In this document: one piece after another, positions 32,019 to 46,010 of the stretch | Layout of the letters: each line of letters opens with the position of its first letter | Numbering within the stretch: the stretch's first letter is position 1 | NCBI GenBank assembly: GCA_963849325.1 | Contig: CAWKHF010000004.1 | Location: 384,001-448,000, forward strand | Reading direction: 5' to 3' | DNA length: 64,000 bases | From: an uncultured Planctomycetota bacterium | Lineage (GTDB): Bacteria > Planctomycetota > Planctomycetia > Gemmatales > Gemmataceae | Program-made: the position numbers and the translations under genes | The notes under the pieces: generated by a model | The model's input: the letters and a program-made list of their open reading frames with translations, nothing else | Told to the model about the DNA's origin: nothing | Databases searched by the model: none

Positions 32019-32942
32019 ATGCCAAGGTTCGTCAACCGGAAGTGCTGGCGTGGTTTCACGCTGATCGAGTTGCTGGTGGTGATTGCGATCATCGCCATCC
32101 TGATCGGCTTGCTGCTGCCGGCCGTCCAGAAGGTGCGGGAAGCCGCCGCACGCAGCCAGTGCGTCAACAACCTCAAGCAGATGGGCCTGGCTTTGCAGAA
32201 CCACCACGACACGTACAACCTCCTGCCCGCCGGTGGCATCAACACCGGCAACGTCGTGATGACCGGCGGATCGCCGGCGATCGGACAGGCCCAGACTTTC
32301 AGCTGGGCCTATCAGATTCTGCCCTTCATGGAACAGCAAAACACTTACATCCTGGGCAATGCCGCGGCCAAAATCCTGATCAAACCCTACTTTTGCCCCT
32401 CGCGTCGCAGCCCGACCCTCCTGGCCAGCACCGGCTTCGCGGGGTTCGACTATTACGCCAGCGGCGTTGCCCCGACCGGAGGGGCGGCCTCGGGCACCTT
32501 CACGATTCCCGGCACGGGCACCACGACGCGCGGCATCATCTCTCCGAACAACATGGCTTGCGTCACCCTGGTGCAGATCTCGGACGGAACCAGCAACACC
32601 CTCGCCGTCGGCGAGAAAAGCCTCTGCCCGACCCTGTTGAGCAGCGGCAATGACCACTGCGATAACGAGGGATACACCTGGGGGGCCGATTGCGGCACGA
32701 CCACCTGCTGGGATAATAGCGTGGGCTGCCCGACTACCCAACCGGCGCAGGACCAAATGACCGCGCAGACTTGCATTGCAGGCCATTCCAACAGCGGCTT
32801 CGGCTCCTCGCACCCCGCCAAGTTCAACGCCGCCTTCTGCGATGGCTCCGTCCAGAACATCAGTTACAGCGTGAGCACGACAGTCCTCGCGGAACTGGCC
32901 GGCATCAATGACGGATATGTCATCGCCGCAGGCAGCTTCTGA
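32019..32942 (+). CDS. DUF1559 prepilin-type N-terminal cleavage/methylation protein
   Basis: [49 protein letters not shown]...NAAFCDGSV. Confidence 0.95.
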   Translation: MPRFVNRKCWRGFTLIELLVVIAIIAILIGLLLPAVQKVREAAARSQCVNNLKQMGLALQNHHDTYNLLPAGGINTGNVVMTGGSPAIGQAQTFSWAYQILPFMEQQNTYILGNAAAKILIKPYFCPSRRSPTLLASTGFAGFDYYASGVAPTGGAASGTFTIPGTGTTTRGIISPNNMACVTLVQISDGTSNTLAVGEKSLCPTLLSSGNDHCDNEGYTWGADCGTTTCWDNSVGCPTTQPAQDQMTAQTCIAGHSNSGFGSSHPAKFNAAFCDGSVQNISYSVSTTVLAELAGINDGYVIAAGSF

Positions 32943-33031
32943 ATTTCGTCTCGGCCGAGCCTGAAGCGTAAGCGAAGAGTGCCGTTCTTCGCTTACGCTT
33001 CAGGCTCGGATCGGTTTCGTCCGCCAACGTT

Positions 33032-34213
33032 TTATTTCTCGAATTGAAGCGCTTCCTCAACCTCCTTGACCAACTCCGGCTCGGTGCGGCGGCGTTCGTC
33101 GAGGAAGGCGCGGGTGCTGCTGTCGTCCTTGCCGGACAGTGCATAGCGGACGATGGTGCGCTGCATGAGCGGAGCGTCATAGCCCTTCTTGCCGTACAGG
33201 GCGAGGATGTCGCGTGTGCGGTCGCGGACCTCCCAGCGGCGCATGTCCTCGACGGCGATGTCCGCCAGCTCGCCCTGACCGATCATGGCGTCCAGGCACT
33301 TGAGCACGTTGTCGCGGCTCTCGCGCGGCTGAGCACCGTGGAAGAAACTGACGGTGCGGGCCACGGCCAGGCGAACCGGCAACGGCTTGCGGCCGTCGCG
33401 CAGCAGCGAAGAAGCCAGCTCCCAACCCTCGCGCGGCCGCAGATGGATATAGCCGCCGAGGAGGCCGTCGTAGGCATTGACGGTTCGCTCGCTCGGGTCG
33501 TTCAGCAGCGAATGCAGGAAGCGTGCGTCGGCGTCGCTGCCGCAGGCGCCCAGGAGCAGAGCGTAAACGCTCAGGCGCTCCGCCGGCGTGTGCGTGTCCT
33601 TGAGCCAGCCACGCAGCTTTTCGGGGTCCAGCTTGCGGGCCAGGCGGGCGATGTCCTGGTCGCTGGCCTTGGCGAACTCCAGGAAGGCATCGCGGGCGAT
33701 CTCGGTGTCGGCGTTCTCCAAATAGCGGAAGAAGAAGAGCAGGTTGCCGGTTATGTCCTTCGGGTCGAGCTTCATGACCTGGCGGGCGTAGGCGACGGCG
33801 TCGGCGTTCTGGAGCGGCACGCCGCGGAACGGATCGAACTTGCCCTTGAAAATGTCGCAGAAGACGAGAAAGCGCGGCGGATTTTTGGGATCGCTGATGG
33901 GCAAATAGCGCTCGACGGTGATGACTTTCTTGCCTTCGAGCGCCGGGTCGGAGCGGAGGACGTCGGTGATGCGCAGGTCGGTGGTGCCGGTGCTGCCGCC
34001 GAGGCCCAGCCGTGGGTTTTCGGCGGTACCGATGAGGATGACGCGAGCCGTCTCCAGAGCGGCCTCCTGTCGGAAGGTCGGCGCCTGCCGCAGCGCCGCA
34101 CCGCACAGGCTGCATGCCCGAACCGAGGATGACAAGGTGACAAGGTGACAAGGTGACAAGGTGACAAGGTAAAGGATCGCCAAGGCAAACAGCGAAGAAA
34201 CGGCACGACGCAT
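33032..34213 (-). CDS. Secreted hypothetical protein (CxxC after the signal peptide; helical repeats)
   Basis: Signal peptide then ACSLCG; paralogous to the upstream gene. Confidence 0.75.
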   Translation of the reverse strand: MRRAVSSLFALAILYLVTLSPCHLVTLSSSVRACSLCGAALRQAPTFRQEAALETARVILIGTAENPRLGLGGSTGTTDLRITDVLRSDPALEGKKVITVERYLPISDPKNPPRFLVFCDIFKGKFDPFRGVPLQNADAVAYARQVMKLDPKDITGNLLFFFRYLENADTEIARDAFLEFAKASDQDIARLARKLDPEKLRGWLKDTHTPAERLSVYALLLGACGSDADARFLHSLLNDPSERTVNAYDGLLGGYIHLRPREGWELASSLLRDGRKPLPVRLAVARTVSFFHGAQPRESRDNVLKCLDAMIGQGELADIAVEDMRRWEVRDRTRDILALYGKKGYDAPLMQRTIVRYALSGKDDSSTRAFLDERRRTEPELVKEVEEALQFEK

Positions 34214-34255
34214 AGTCGAATTCTCCTTGTCACCTTGTCACCTTGTCATCCGCAG

Positions 34256-35452
34256 TCACTTCGCGGCGGCAGCGGGCGGCGTCTGCTCCAACTTCAGCAG
34301 TTCCTCGGCGTCGGCGACCATCTGGGCGTCCTTCTTGCGTTGTTCCCGTACATAGGCAGCGGCGGCCTCGTTGTTCTTGCAGCTCAGGGCGAAGCGCAGG
34401 ACGGCGCGACGCACGATCGGGATTTCGTAAGCCTTCGTCCGTCGCAGACCCAGGACGCGGTCGGTCATGTCCCAGCACTCGCGCTTGCGCAGGTCGTCCA
34501 CGGCCAGGTCGGCGATGTCGCTCTGGTCCAGCAGCACGGCCATGCCCGCCGTCCGTTCCTTCTTGTTCACCAGGTCCGGCCGCGAGTCCCACAGGAAGCG
34601 CACCGTCCGCAGGGCGGCGTAGCGGACCATGAATTCTTTCTTCTCATCCTTGAGGATGTCGCGCGTGTACTGCCAGCCCTCCTTGGGCTTGAGCATGACA
34701 TAGCCGGCCAGCATCCCATCGACACCGCTGCCGAGGCGCTTGCTGGGATCGTCGAGCATCTTGCGGAGCACCGCGGCATGTTTCTCCGTGCCGCAATGGC
34801 CGAGCATCGACGCATACAGGCCGTAGCGGAAGGCCGGCGTCTTCTCGTTCTCCAGCCACTTCACGATGCGCTCGGCCGGCAGACTTTTGGCCATATCGCG
34901 GTAGTCCTTGTAGTCGGCGTTGCCGAATTCCTTGTAGGCATCGTTGGAGATTTCCAGATCGGCGTTATCCAGGTAGTCGAAGAAGAAGCGCAGCCGTTTG
35001 CCGATGTTCTCGTCCTTGTGGGCCAGGGCGCCGAGCAGATACTTGGCCATGTCGCTGTCCTTGAGGGCCGGCTGCACGCGATAGGGATCAATCTTGCCCT
35101 TGAAGACGTCGCAGTAAACCAGGTAGCGATATTTATCGCCCTCCTGCGGCGGCAGATAGCGGTCCAACCGGACGACCTTGTTGCCGGCGGCGAGCGGGTC
35201 GCCCTTCTTGCCGACCAATTCGTTCTTGATGGCGGTTTCGACGACGAGGTTGGTGCTACCGTCGCCGTTATTGGCCTGCTGGTTCGGATTGGTCAGGGCG
35301 CCGTAGAGGACCATTTTGGCTTGACCCACCTCGCCCGTCAGCGTCGGGCCTTGCATGCCGCAGAAGGGGCAGGCACTCCCCGGTGCGGTCAGCAGCACCC
35401 CGGCGAGAAAGACGATCGGCAGGAGAAGAACACGTCGCGGCAGGCCAGCCAT
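34256..35452 (-). CDS. Secreted hypothetical protein, paralogue of 33032-34213
   Basis: ACPFCG; shared LVxCDxFKGKxDP, FFFxYLxNAD, DAxxEF and DIADLAVDDLR-type motifs. Confidence 0.75.
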   Translation of the reverse strand: MAGLPRRVLLLPIVFLAGVLLTAPGSACPFCGMQGPTLTGEVGQAKMVLYGALTNPNQQANNGDGSTNLVVETAIKNELVGKKGDPLAAGNKVVRLDRYLPPQEGDKYRYLVYCDVFKGKIDPYRVQPALKDSDMAKYLLGALAHKDENIGKRLRFFFDYLDNADLEISNDAYKEFGNADYKDYRDMAKSLPAERIVKWLENEKTPAFRYGLYASMLGHCGTEKHAAVLRKMLDDPSKRLGSGVDGMLAGYVMLKPKEGWQYTRDILKDEKKEFMVRYAALRTVRFLWDSRPDLVNKKERTAGMAVLLDQSDIADLAVDDLRKRECWDMTDRVLGLRRTKAYEIPIVRRAVLRFALSCKNNEAAAAYVREQRKKDAQMVADAEELLKLEQTPPAAAAK

Positions 35453-35710
35453 GTGCGGAAACTCCTTGCGCAAGGGACCCGAGCAGGAACCTTCTGTATT
35501 ATGTCGTCCAGGACGAGTCGAGAGCAAGGCAAACCCGCGGTGCTGCGATCGGCCGCTAAACACCTCGCCCTTCGCGTTGGTAGGGTTGGGCGAGTCGTCG
35601 GCGTCGGTGAACGCCGTACTGGAGACGAAAGTGTTGCCGTCTTGTGCCAGCGAGTCGCCGTCTTTGGTACCGAATAGGGTACCGTCGAAAGCCCTCTCGT
35701 CGTAAGTCAG

Positions 35711-35783
<73 letters not shown>

Positions 35784-35929
35784 TGCCCTGCCCTCTGAAT
35801 CCGGAGCGGACATCCACGAACACTCTCCGAGGAGTCCGCGAAGTCACCATGCGTAAGCGTACCGTATCCACGCTGCCCGACAAGCCCAGCCCCCCGATGC
35901 CCCAACTATGGACAACGATTCGTCTTTGC

Positions 35930-39288
<3,359 letters not shown>

Positions 39289-39381
39289 GGACCATTCTTT
39301 CCGTGACGCGACAGCCCTGCGTCGGGTCGTCTGCGGACAGACCCAATCGCCGCCCCGATCGACGTGCGGGGGTGGGGCCAG

Positions 39382-40361
39382 TCACGTCTTATCAGTTTGC
39401 GGTCTGCCCGCGTGGAACGCAAGAGGTTTAGCCGCGACGCGCAGCGGAGCGCGGGACGGTTCCGCGCTCCGCTGCGCGTCGCGGCTAAACGAAGAGTAGA
39501 TGCGCTTTAATTGCCGCGTTTGAGTGAGACTGGGGGGAGGATGTTCGCGGCGGGCGCGGTGCGCGCTCGTTTCGCGCAGCCCGGCCGAGAAGGGCGCGGG
39601 GATGTTGCCCGCCGGCGCGGGCTTCTCGTTCTTACCCGGATCGATCGTGCGAGGAGGCGGCAGCAGCAGCGGCCCGCCTTCCTCGGTCGGGCGCGGTGTG
39701 GGAGGGAAGCCGGGTGTGGGGTTTGTGCCCGGCGCGGCGGCGGGACGGCGGTTGGTGGGCGTTACGCGAACGGTGACGTCGCGGTCGGCCCCGAAGACGC
39801 GGCCATCGGGGAGCTGGAACTGAGCGCTGACGTGCAATCGCTCCGTGGACGGCCACACCTTCCACGGCAGGTTCACGACATAGGCGGTCGTCAGCATGCC
39901 ACTACGCCAGGACCGGCGCAGTTGATCGGGCGAGATCTCCCAGGACGATAGAGGGCGCTTGAGGCCTTCCGGCGTGATTTCCTCGGCCAGCACCAACAGC
40001 GCCCCGGCGCCTTGATGCTCTGGTTATCCGGGTCGCGCGGCTCGACCTGGACCTGGAGGGAGTCGTCGCCGGGACAGCTATAGCTACTGCGTCCGCCGGT
40101 CTGTCTTCCCAGCACAAGCGATTTCACCGGATAGGCAGCCGGTGGCGGGCCATCGGAAGGGAAACCGAGTTCGCCGCGGAGGGAACGAACTTCCTGCTGC
40201 AAGGTCTGGTTGTAAATGGAGGCGTGGTCCAACTCGTCGCGCAGCTCGCGCACGTCTTGCTCGCGGGCCCGCAGTTCGCGCTCAACCTGATGACAGCTAC
40301 GGCAACCACTGACCGCCGCAAGCAGCGCCAGGCCGACGTAGAATGCCACGAGGCGACGCAT
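39382..40361 (-). CDS. Hypothetical lipoprotein (frameshift near 40005; 3' end uncertain)
   Basis: Lipobox AVSGC followed by a coiled coil; Pro-rich tail. Confidence 0.6.
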
Positions 40362-40450
40362 TTCTTCGTTCCGAGTTTTGTTTCGCCGCGACGCGCAGCG
40401 GAGTGCGGGTTTGTCCCGCGCTCCGCTGCGCAGTCGCGGCGAAACTTTGG

Positions 40451-41068
40451 CTAACTGGTTGGCGGCTTGGCGGCGACCTGTCCGGGCGGCAGACGCTCCA
40501 GGACGTGATCGACCAGGCCGTATTCCTGGGCTTCGCGGGCCGTCATGAAGTTGTCGCGGTCAGTGTCGCGCTCGATCCGCTCCAGCGGTTGGCCGGTCAT
40601 CTTGTGCAGCATCTCGTTCATGATCTTCTTGGTGCGGAGCAGGTGGCGCGTGCGGATCTCGATGTCCGTGGCCGGGCCGCGCGCTCCGCCGAGCACCTGA
40701 TGGATCATGACCTCGGCGTGCGGCAGGGCGTTGCGTTTGCCCTTGGTGCCGGCGGCCAGCAGCGTCGCCCCCATGCTGGCGGCCATGCCGATGCAGTAGG
40801 TCGCCACGTCGCAGGTGACGTAATGCATGGTGTCGTAAATGCTCATGCCGGCCGTCACCGAGCCGCCCGGCGAGTTGATGTACAGGTGGATGTCCGCCTT
40901 GGGATCATCGAACTGCAAGAACAGCATCTGCGCCACGATCAGGTTGGCGCTGTAGTCGTCGACCTCGCCTTGCAGGAAGATGATCCGGTCCTTGAGCAGA
41001 CGGCTGTAGATGTCGAAGACGCGCTCTTCACGACCGCTGCGCTCCACGACATACGGGACGAGTGGCAT
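40451..41068 (-). CDS. clpP: ATP-dependent Clp protease proteolytic subunit
   Basis: [39 protein letters not shown]. Confidence 0.95.
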   Translation of the reverse strand: MPLVPYVVERSGREERVFDIYSRLLKDRIIFLQGEVDDYSANLIVAQMLFLQFDDPKADIHLYINSPGGSVTAGMSIYDTMHYVTCDVATYCIGMAASMGATLLAAGTKGKRNALPHAEVMIHQVLGGARGPATDIEIRTRHLLRTKKIMNEMLHKMTGQPLERIERDTDRDNFMTAREAQEYGLVDHVLERLPPGQVAAKPPTS

Positions 41069-41245
41069 GGCACCAATCTCCAGGCCAACCCGGCTCGCCC
41101 GATTCTTGATCGGCAGCCGGGTTGAGGAAAGATAAGTAATTTCCGTAACTCGATGACTGCGGATGACCAGGTGACAAGGTGACAGGGTGACAAGGTGACA
41201 AAGGTCTGTTTTGTCACCTTGTCACCTTGTCACCCTGTCACCTGG

Positions 41246-41896
41246 TCATGATTTCTTCTCGCTGCTGATCTTGGCCAGCACGTCATCGACCAGGCCGAAC
41301 TCCTTGGCCTCCGGGGCCGTGAAGTAGCGGTTGCGCTCGGTCTCGGCCTCGATCTGTTCCATCGGCCGGCCGGTGTGCTGGGCCAGGATCTCGTTGAGGC
41401 GCTTCTTCTCCTTGACGATCTCGTTCATCTCGATTTCCACGTCGGAAGCCTGACCGCCGATGCCCTGGCTCCAGGGCTGGTGGATCATGACCTTGGCGTG
41501 CGGCAGGGCGAAGCGTTTGCCCTTGGTGCCGGCCGCCAGCAGGATGGCGGCGCCGCTGGCGGCCATGCCCATGCAGTAGGTGGCGATGGGGCATTCGAGG
41601 AACTGCATGGTGTCGTAGATGGCCAGCGTGGCCGTCACCGAGCCGCCCGGCGAGTTGATGTAAAAGTGGATCTCCTGATTGCGATTCTCGTATTGCAGAT
41701 AGAGCATCTGCTGAATGACGAGGTTGGCCGTCATGTCGGTGATGATCGGCTCGTAGACGTTGCCGCTGGAGCAGCCGAAGAAGATGATGCGGTTGTCCAG
41801 CAGAATATCGTTGGTCCCGTACTGCCGCTGCCGCGTATATTCGCGGTAGCGCTGGCCGAGCGGACCCGGCGGGATGGGCTGGTCGAAGTTCAACAT
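41246..41896 (-). CDS. clpP: Second Clp protease proteolytic subunit
   Basis: [25 protein letters not shown]. Confidence 0.92.
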   Translation of the reverse strand: MLNFDQPIPPGPLGQRYREYTRQRQYGTNDILLDNRIIFFGCSSGNVYEPIITDMTANLVIQQMLYLQYENRNQEIHFYINSPGGSVTATLAIYDTMQFLECPIATYCMGMAASGAAILLAAGTKGKRFALPHAKVMIHQPWSQGIGGQASDVEIEMNEIVKEKKRLNEILAQHTGRPMEQIEAETERNRYFTAPEAKEFGLVDDVLAKISSEKKS

Positions 41897-41906
41897 CGCA
41901 TATTCC

Positions 41907-43514
41907 TCAATGCCTGGCGAGCGAGGGGCGTAAGCCCCCTGTTGAGCGCCTCAACAGGGGGCTTACGCCCCCGGCTCGCCGAAATACTACGCATTCGGAG
42001 AGGCGGAGGACTCTTCCGCCTTCGGCGGCTCGGCCGTCGGGATCCTGCATCTCGCCGGGCACGGCCTGGGCCTCGACGGTCGAGACGGCCGGCTGATCCT
42101 CCTGGCCCAGCGACTCGTCCTCGTACTCGGCGCTGTCGAGGATCAGGTCGAGCGCCTTGCGCTCGATCATCTCGGCGGCCAGGGCGTCGATCAGGTCCTC
42201 GCGCTCCAGGCGAGCGCGAACGCGGCGCGGCGATTCGCCGTCCTGCTCGGCCATGCGCTCGATCTCGTCGTTCAGATCGTCCTCGCTGACGTCGATCTTC
42301 TCGACCTCGGCGATCTTCTGCAGGACGAAATGTTCCTTCAGCGCCAGGGCGGTGCTCTGCAAGATGTCCTGTTCGAGCAGGCGGCGGCGACCCTGGATCT
42401 CCTCGTCGGAGATGCCGTCGGACTTCATCTCCATGATCTTGCGGGCCATCGCCTTGTGGGCCTGGCGGCGCAGCAGGTCGGTGGGCAGCTCCCACGTCGC
42501 GGCGGCGTTGATGTGCTCGATCACCTGCTGGCGGGCCGACTGCCGCTGCTGATACTCCAGGCGGCGTTGCAGAACGACGCGGATCAGCTCGCGCAACTGC
42601 TCCGGCGAGTGGACGCCGAAGGTGTGCAGGAACTCGTGCGTCAACTCCGGCAACTGGACGGTCTTGACGTCCTTGACGGTCAGGATGCCCTTGACGGTCT
42701 TGCCGCGCAGGTCGGCGTCGGCGGCGGCGCTGGACAGCATGATGTCCACCTCGCGCGTGTCGCCGGCCTTGGCGCCCTTGACCTGCTCGGCGAAGTTCTC
42801 GGCCACGCCGTCCTTGAAGGCCAGCTGCTTGTTGACGCGGAACGTCACCTCGTCGAGCTTGCCGATCTGGCGGTCGCCGTCGCGGACGACCATGTCGGCG
42901 ACGAGCAGGTCGCCAAGCTGGGCGTCGCCCTCGGGCTTGGGCACGACCTGGCCGTAAGGCGTCAGCAGCCGCCGCTCCTCCTGGGCCACCTCGTCGTCGG
43001 TGAAGGTGTGGACGGACGGCGCAGCTTCAGACCCTTGTAGTTGGGCAGGTCGAACTGCGGCCGGACCTCGACCTCGAACTCGTAGACGAGCGGCGCCTTG
43101 CCGCGGCAGCTCGATGTTGGCCGGATCGATGTCGGGAGCGCTGAGCGGGGCGATGTCGTGGTCCTCGGCCAGCTGTTCCAGGCTGGCCAGCAGGACCTCG
43201 CTCTTGACCTGATCGCCGACTTCCTTCTGGAAGCGGCGCTCGACGATCTTGCGCGGCGCCTTGCCGGGCCGGAAGCCGGCGACGTTGGCGTCGGCGACCA
43301 GTTCGCTGAACTTCTCGCCGAAGCGATCGTCGATGTCCTTGCGCTCGACGGTGACCTTGATGTGCTTCTTGCACGGCCCAACGTCGCGGATCTCGACGGT
43401 CTGATGCAGCTTGGCCGGCTCCTCCGCGGTGGCGGTGCCCGTCTCCGCGCCGTGCTCCTCGGCGTGTTCGTGCGCGGTCGAGGGAGTGTCTTCCGATGGT
43501 TTTTCGTCAGCCAT
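41907..43514 (-). CDS. tig: Trigger factor (frameshifted; 3' end uncertain)
   Basis: GFRPGKAP; lies upstream of the clpP genes. Confidence 0.93.
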   Translation of the reverse strand: MADEKPSEDTPSTAHEHAEEHGAETGTATAEEPAKLHQTVEIRDVGPCKKHIKVTVERKDIDDRFGEKFSELVADANVAGFRPGKAPRKIVERRFQKEVGDQVKSEVLLASLEQLAEDHDIAPLSAPDIDPANIELPRQGAARLRVRGRGPAAVRPAQLQGSEAAPSVHTFTDDEVAQEERRLLTPYGQVVPKPEGDAQLGDLLVADMVVRDGDRQIGKLDEVTFRVNKQLAFKDGVAENFAEQVKGAKAGDTREVDIMLSSAAADADLRGKTVKGILTVKDVKTVQLPELTHEFLHTFGVHSPEQLRELIRVVLQRRLEYQQRQSARQQVIEHINAAATWELPTDLLRRQAHKAMARKIMEMKSDGISDEEIQGRRRLLEQDILQSTALALKEHFVLQKIAEVEKIDVSEDDLNDEIERMAEQDGESPRRVRARLEREDLIDALAAEMIERKALDLILDSAEYEDESLGQEDQPAVSTVEAQAVPGEMQDPDGRAAEGGRVLRLSECVVFRRAGGVSPLLRRSTGGLRPSLARH

Positions 43515-43872
43515 GATTTCCTGCTTTCCTCTCGTTTAGCCGCGAGGCGCAGCGAAGCACGCGACAGACTCGCGCTCCGCTGCGCGTCGCGGCTAAACCG
43601 GGAACTTGTTCTTGGGACAAGTCCTTAGCCGAAACAATTCCCCGAACGGAGGCACGCCCGGATGGGATTCATCCGAGGGCCGTGCGTCAAGGGATTGATG
43701 TATTCTAGGCGTCGGCGAGCAAGAAAGAAGGCCCGAAAGAGAACGCCGGACGAAGCCGGCGCCGTCGGCCCTACGGACACTTCCTTGACCGCCTCCGCTG
43801 CCGATGCTAGGGTTTGGCCGCGGACCCGTCTGCCGCTCAGCGGGCCCCCAACCTCCTCCGAGGGCCGCGAGC

Positions 43873-44562
43873 ATGGCCGGAAAAAAGCCGATCCTTATCG
43901 TGGGCACCGGCGAGTTCGCCGAGATCGCCTACGAGTATTTTACCGTCGATTCTCCCTACGAAGTCGTCGCCTTCACGGTCGAGCGCGGCTACCTGCGCGA
44001 GGATCGACTGTTCGAGTTGCCGGTCGTGCCCTTCGACGAGGTTGAAAGTCGCTACGACCCCGCGACACATGGAATGTTCGCCGCCTTCCTGTTCAGCCAG
44101 CTCAACCGCGTGCGCACGCGCCTTTACCGTGCCGTCAAGGCCAAGGGCTACACACCCGTTTCTTACGTCAGCTCGCACGCCTTCGTCTGGCGGAACGCGA
44201 AGATCGGCGAAAACTGCTTCGTCTTCGAGAACAACGTGATCCAGTATCACGTCGAGATCGGCAACAATGTCGTGCTTTGGAGCGGCAACCACATCGGCCA
44301 CCGCACCGTCATCCGCGACAACTGCTTCGTGTCGTCGCACGTCGTCATCTCCGGCTATTGCGACGTGGACGAGAACTGCTTTTTCGGCGTCAACAGCTGC
44401 ATCGGCGATAAGGTGAAGATCGTGCGCGACAGCGTCATCGGCGCCGGCGCGGTGGTAGTGCGGGACACGGAGGAAGGGAAAGTTTACAAGGGCGACCGGC
44501 AGCCGCCGGCCCGCATCGGCAGTCTCGACCTGTTCAAGGTCAAGGAGGAGACGGCCGGATGA
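43873..44562 (+). CDS. Hexapeptide-repeat sugar O-acetyltransferase (NeuD/PglD-like)
   Basis: N-terminal Rossmann-like IVGTG; left-handed beta-helix repeats (IGENCF, IGNNV). Confidence 0.85.
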   Translation: MAGKKPILIVGTGEFAEIAYEYFTVDSPYEVVAFTVERGYLREDRLFELPVVPFDEVESRYDPATHGMFAAFLFSQLNRVRTRLYRAVKAKGYTPVSYVSSHAFVWRNAKIGENCFVFENNVIQYHVEIGNNVVLWSGNHIGHRTVIRDNCFVSSHVVISGYCDVDENCFFGVNSCIGDKVKIVRDSVIGAGAVVVRDTEEGKVYKGDRQPPARIGSLDLFKVKEETAG

Positions 44563-44687
44563 AGCCGCCCCTCTACGGATCGTTGCGAAAAAACTAAACT
44601 GACGGAAGCAGGATGCGGCGGGCAAGCCCGGTACGGATCGCCCGTTGTCTTGTCTTCATTTGCGCAACGATCCGTAAGGAGCCCTTC

Positions 44688-46010
44688 ATGAGTGTGAACC
44701 TCGACGATACGGTGGACGTTGTCGTCATCGGCGGCGGGCCGGCCGGCAGCACGGTCTCGACCCTGCTCGCCCAGCGCGGCCGCAAGGTCCAACTCTTCGA
44801 GCGCGACCGCTTCCCGCGCTTCCACATCGGCGAATCGCTCATCCCGGAGACGTACTGGGTTTTCCAGCGTCTGAAGATGCTCGACAAGATGAAGGCCAGC
44901 CCCTTCGTCAAGAAGTACAGCGTCCAGTTCGTCAACGCCCGCGGCAAGGAGTCGGCCCCGTTCTATTTCCACGACAACAAGCCGCACGAGTGCTCGCAGA
45001 CGTGGCAGGTGATCCGCAGCGAGTTCGACACGATGATGCTCGACAACGCCCGCGAGCAGGGCGTCGAGGTCCATCAACCGGCCCGCGTGCTGGAAGTCCT
45101 CTTCGACGGCGACCGGGCCGTCGGCGTGCGCGTGCAGGCGGAGGACGGTACGACGCGCGAGGTGCGGGCGAAGGTGGTGGTGGATGCCAGCGGCCAAAGC
45201 ACGATGCTGCAAAATCGCTTCAAGCTGCGGCTGTGGGATCCGGTGCTGAACAAGGGGGCCATCTGGACGTACTGGCAGGGCGCCTACCGCGACAGCGGCC
45301 GCGATGAAGGCGCCACCGTCGTCATCCAAACGACCAACAAGAAAGGCTGGTGGTGGTACATCCCGCAACACGACGACACGATCAGCGTCGGCGTGGTGGC
45401 ACCGTTTGAGTATCTGTTCAAAGGCCGCGGCGGCCACGAGCAGACCTACGAGGAGGAGGTCGCCGCCTGCCCGGCCGTGCAGAAGCGCATCGCGGAGGCC
45501 CGCCGCGCCACCGGCTACTATGCGACCAAGGACTACTCGTATCGCTCCAAACAGGTGGCCGGCGACGGCTGGGTGCTGATCGGCGACGCCTTCGGCTTCC
45601 TCGATCCGCTGTACTCCTCCGGCGTCCTGCTGGCGCTGAAGTCGGGGGAGTTGGCCGCCGACGCCATTGCCGACGGGCTGGCCAAGGGCGACGTCTCCGC
45701 CGCCCAACTCGGACGCTGGGGCGACCTGTTCAACAAGGGCATCGATCGCATGCGCCGTCTGGTCTGCGAATACTACGATGGCTTCAGCTTCGGCCGGTTC
45801 GTCAAGGAATACCCGCACCTGCGCGGCAAGATCACCGATCTGCTCATCGGCGACCTGTTCACCGACAAGGTCGATGAGGTGTGGGGACCGATGGAATCGC
45901 TCTATCCGCCCCAGAAGAAGGCCATCCCGACCTGGGAGCAGGGAATTGCGGCCGAAGCCGCCGGCGACAAGGTGAACGAACTGTACCTCCCGCCGGGGGA
46001 ATCGCGATGA
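44688..46010 (+). CDS. FAD-dependent oxidoreductase, flavin-dependent halogenase-like
   Basis: GGGPAG, RFHIGESL, WWWYIP, GDAFGFLDPLYSSGV. Confidence 0.85.
   Translation: MSVNLDDTVDVVVIGGGPAGSTVSTLLAQRGRKVQLFERDRFPRFHIGESLIPETYWVFQRLKMLDKMKASPFVKKYSVQFVNARGKESAPFYFHDNKPHECSQTWQVIRSEFDTMMLDNAREQGVEVHQPARVLEVLFDGDRAVGVRVQAEDGTTREVRAKVVVDASGQSTMLQNRFKLRLWDPVLNKGAIWTYWQGAYRDSGRDEGATVVIQTTNKKGWWWYIPQHDDTISVGVVAPFEYLFKGRGGHEQTYEEEVAACPAVQKRIAEARRATGYYATKDYSYRSKQVAGDGWVLIGDAFGFLDPLYSSGVLLALKSGELAADAIADGLAKGDVSAAQLGRWGDLFNKGIDRMRRLVCEYYDGFSFGRFVKEYPHLRGKITDLLIGDLFTDKVDEVWGPMESLYPPQKKAIPTWEQGIAAEAAGDKVNELYLPPGESR

Noticed and set aside
35525-35560. GGCAAACCC as a second GEMM riboswitch
   Set aside because: There is no GACGCAAAGC or downstream P3/P1 element, and it is antisense to the nearby gene
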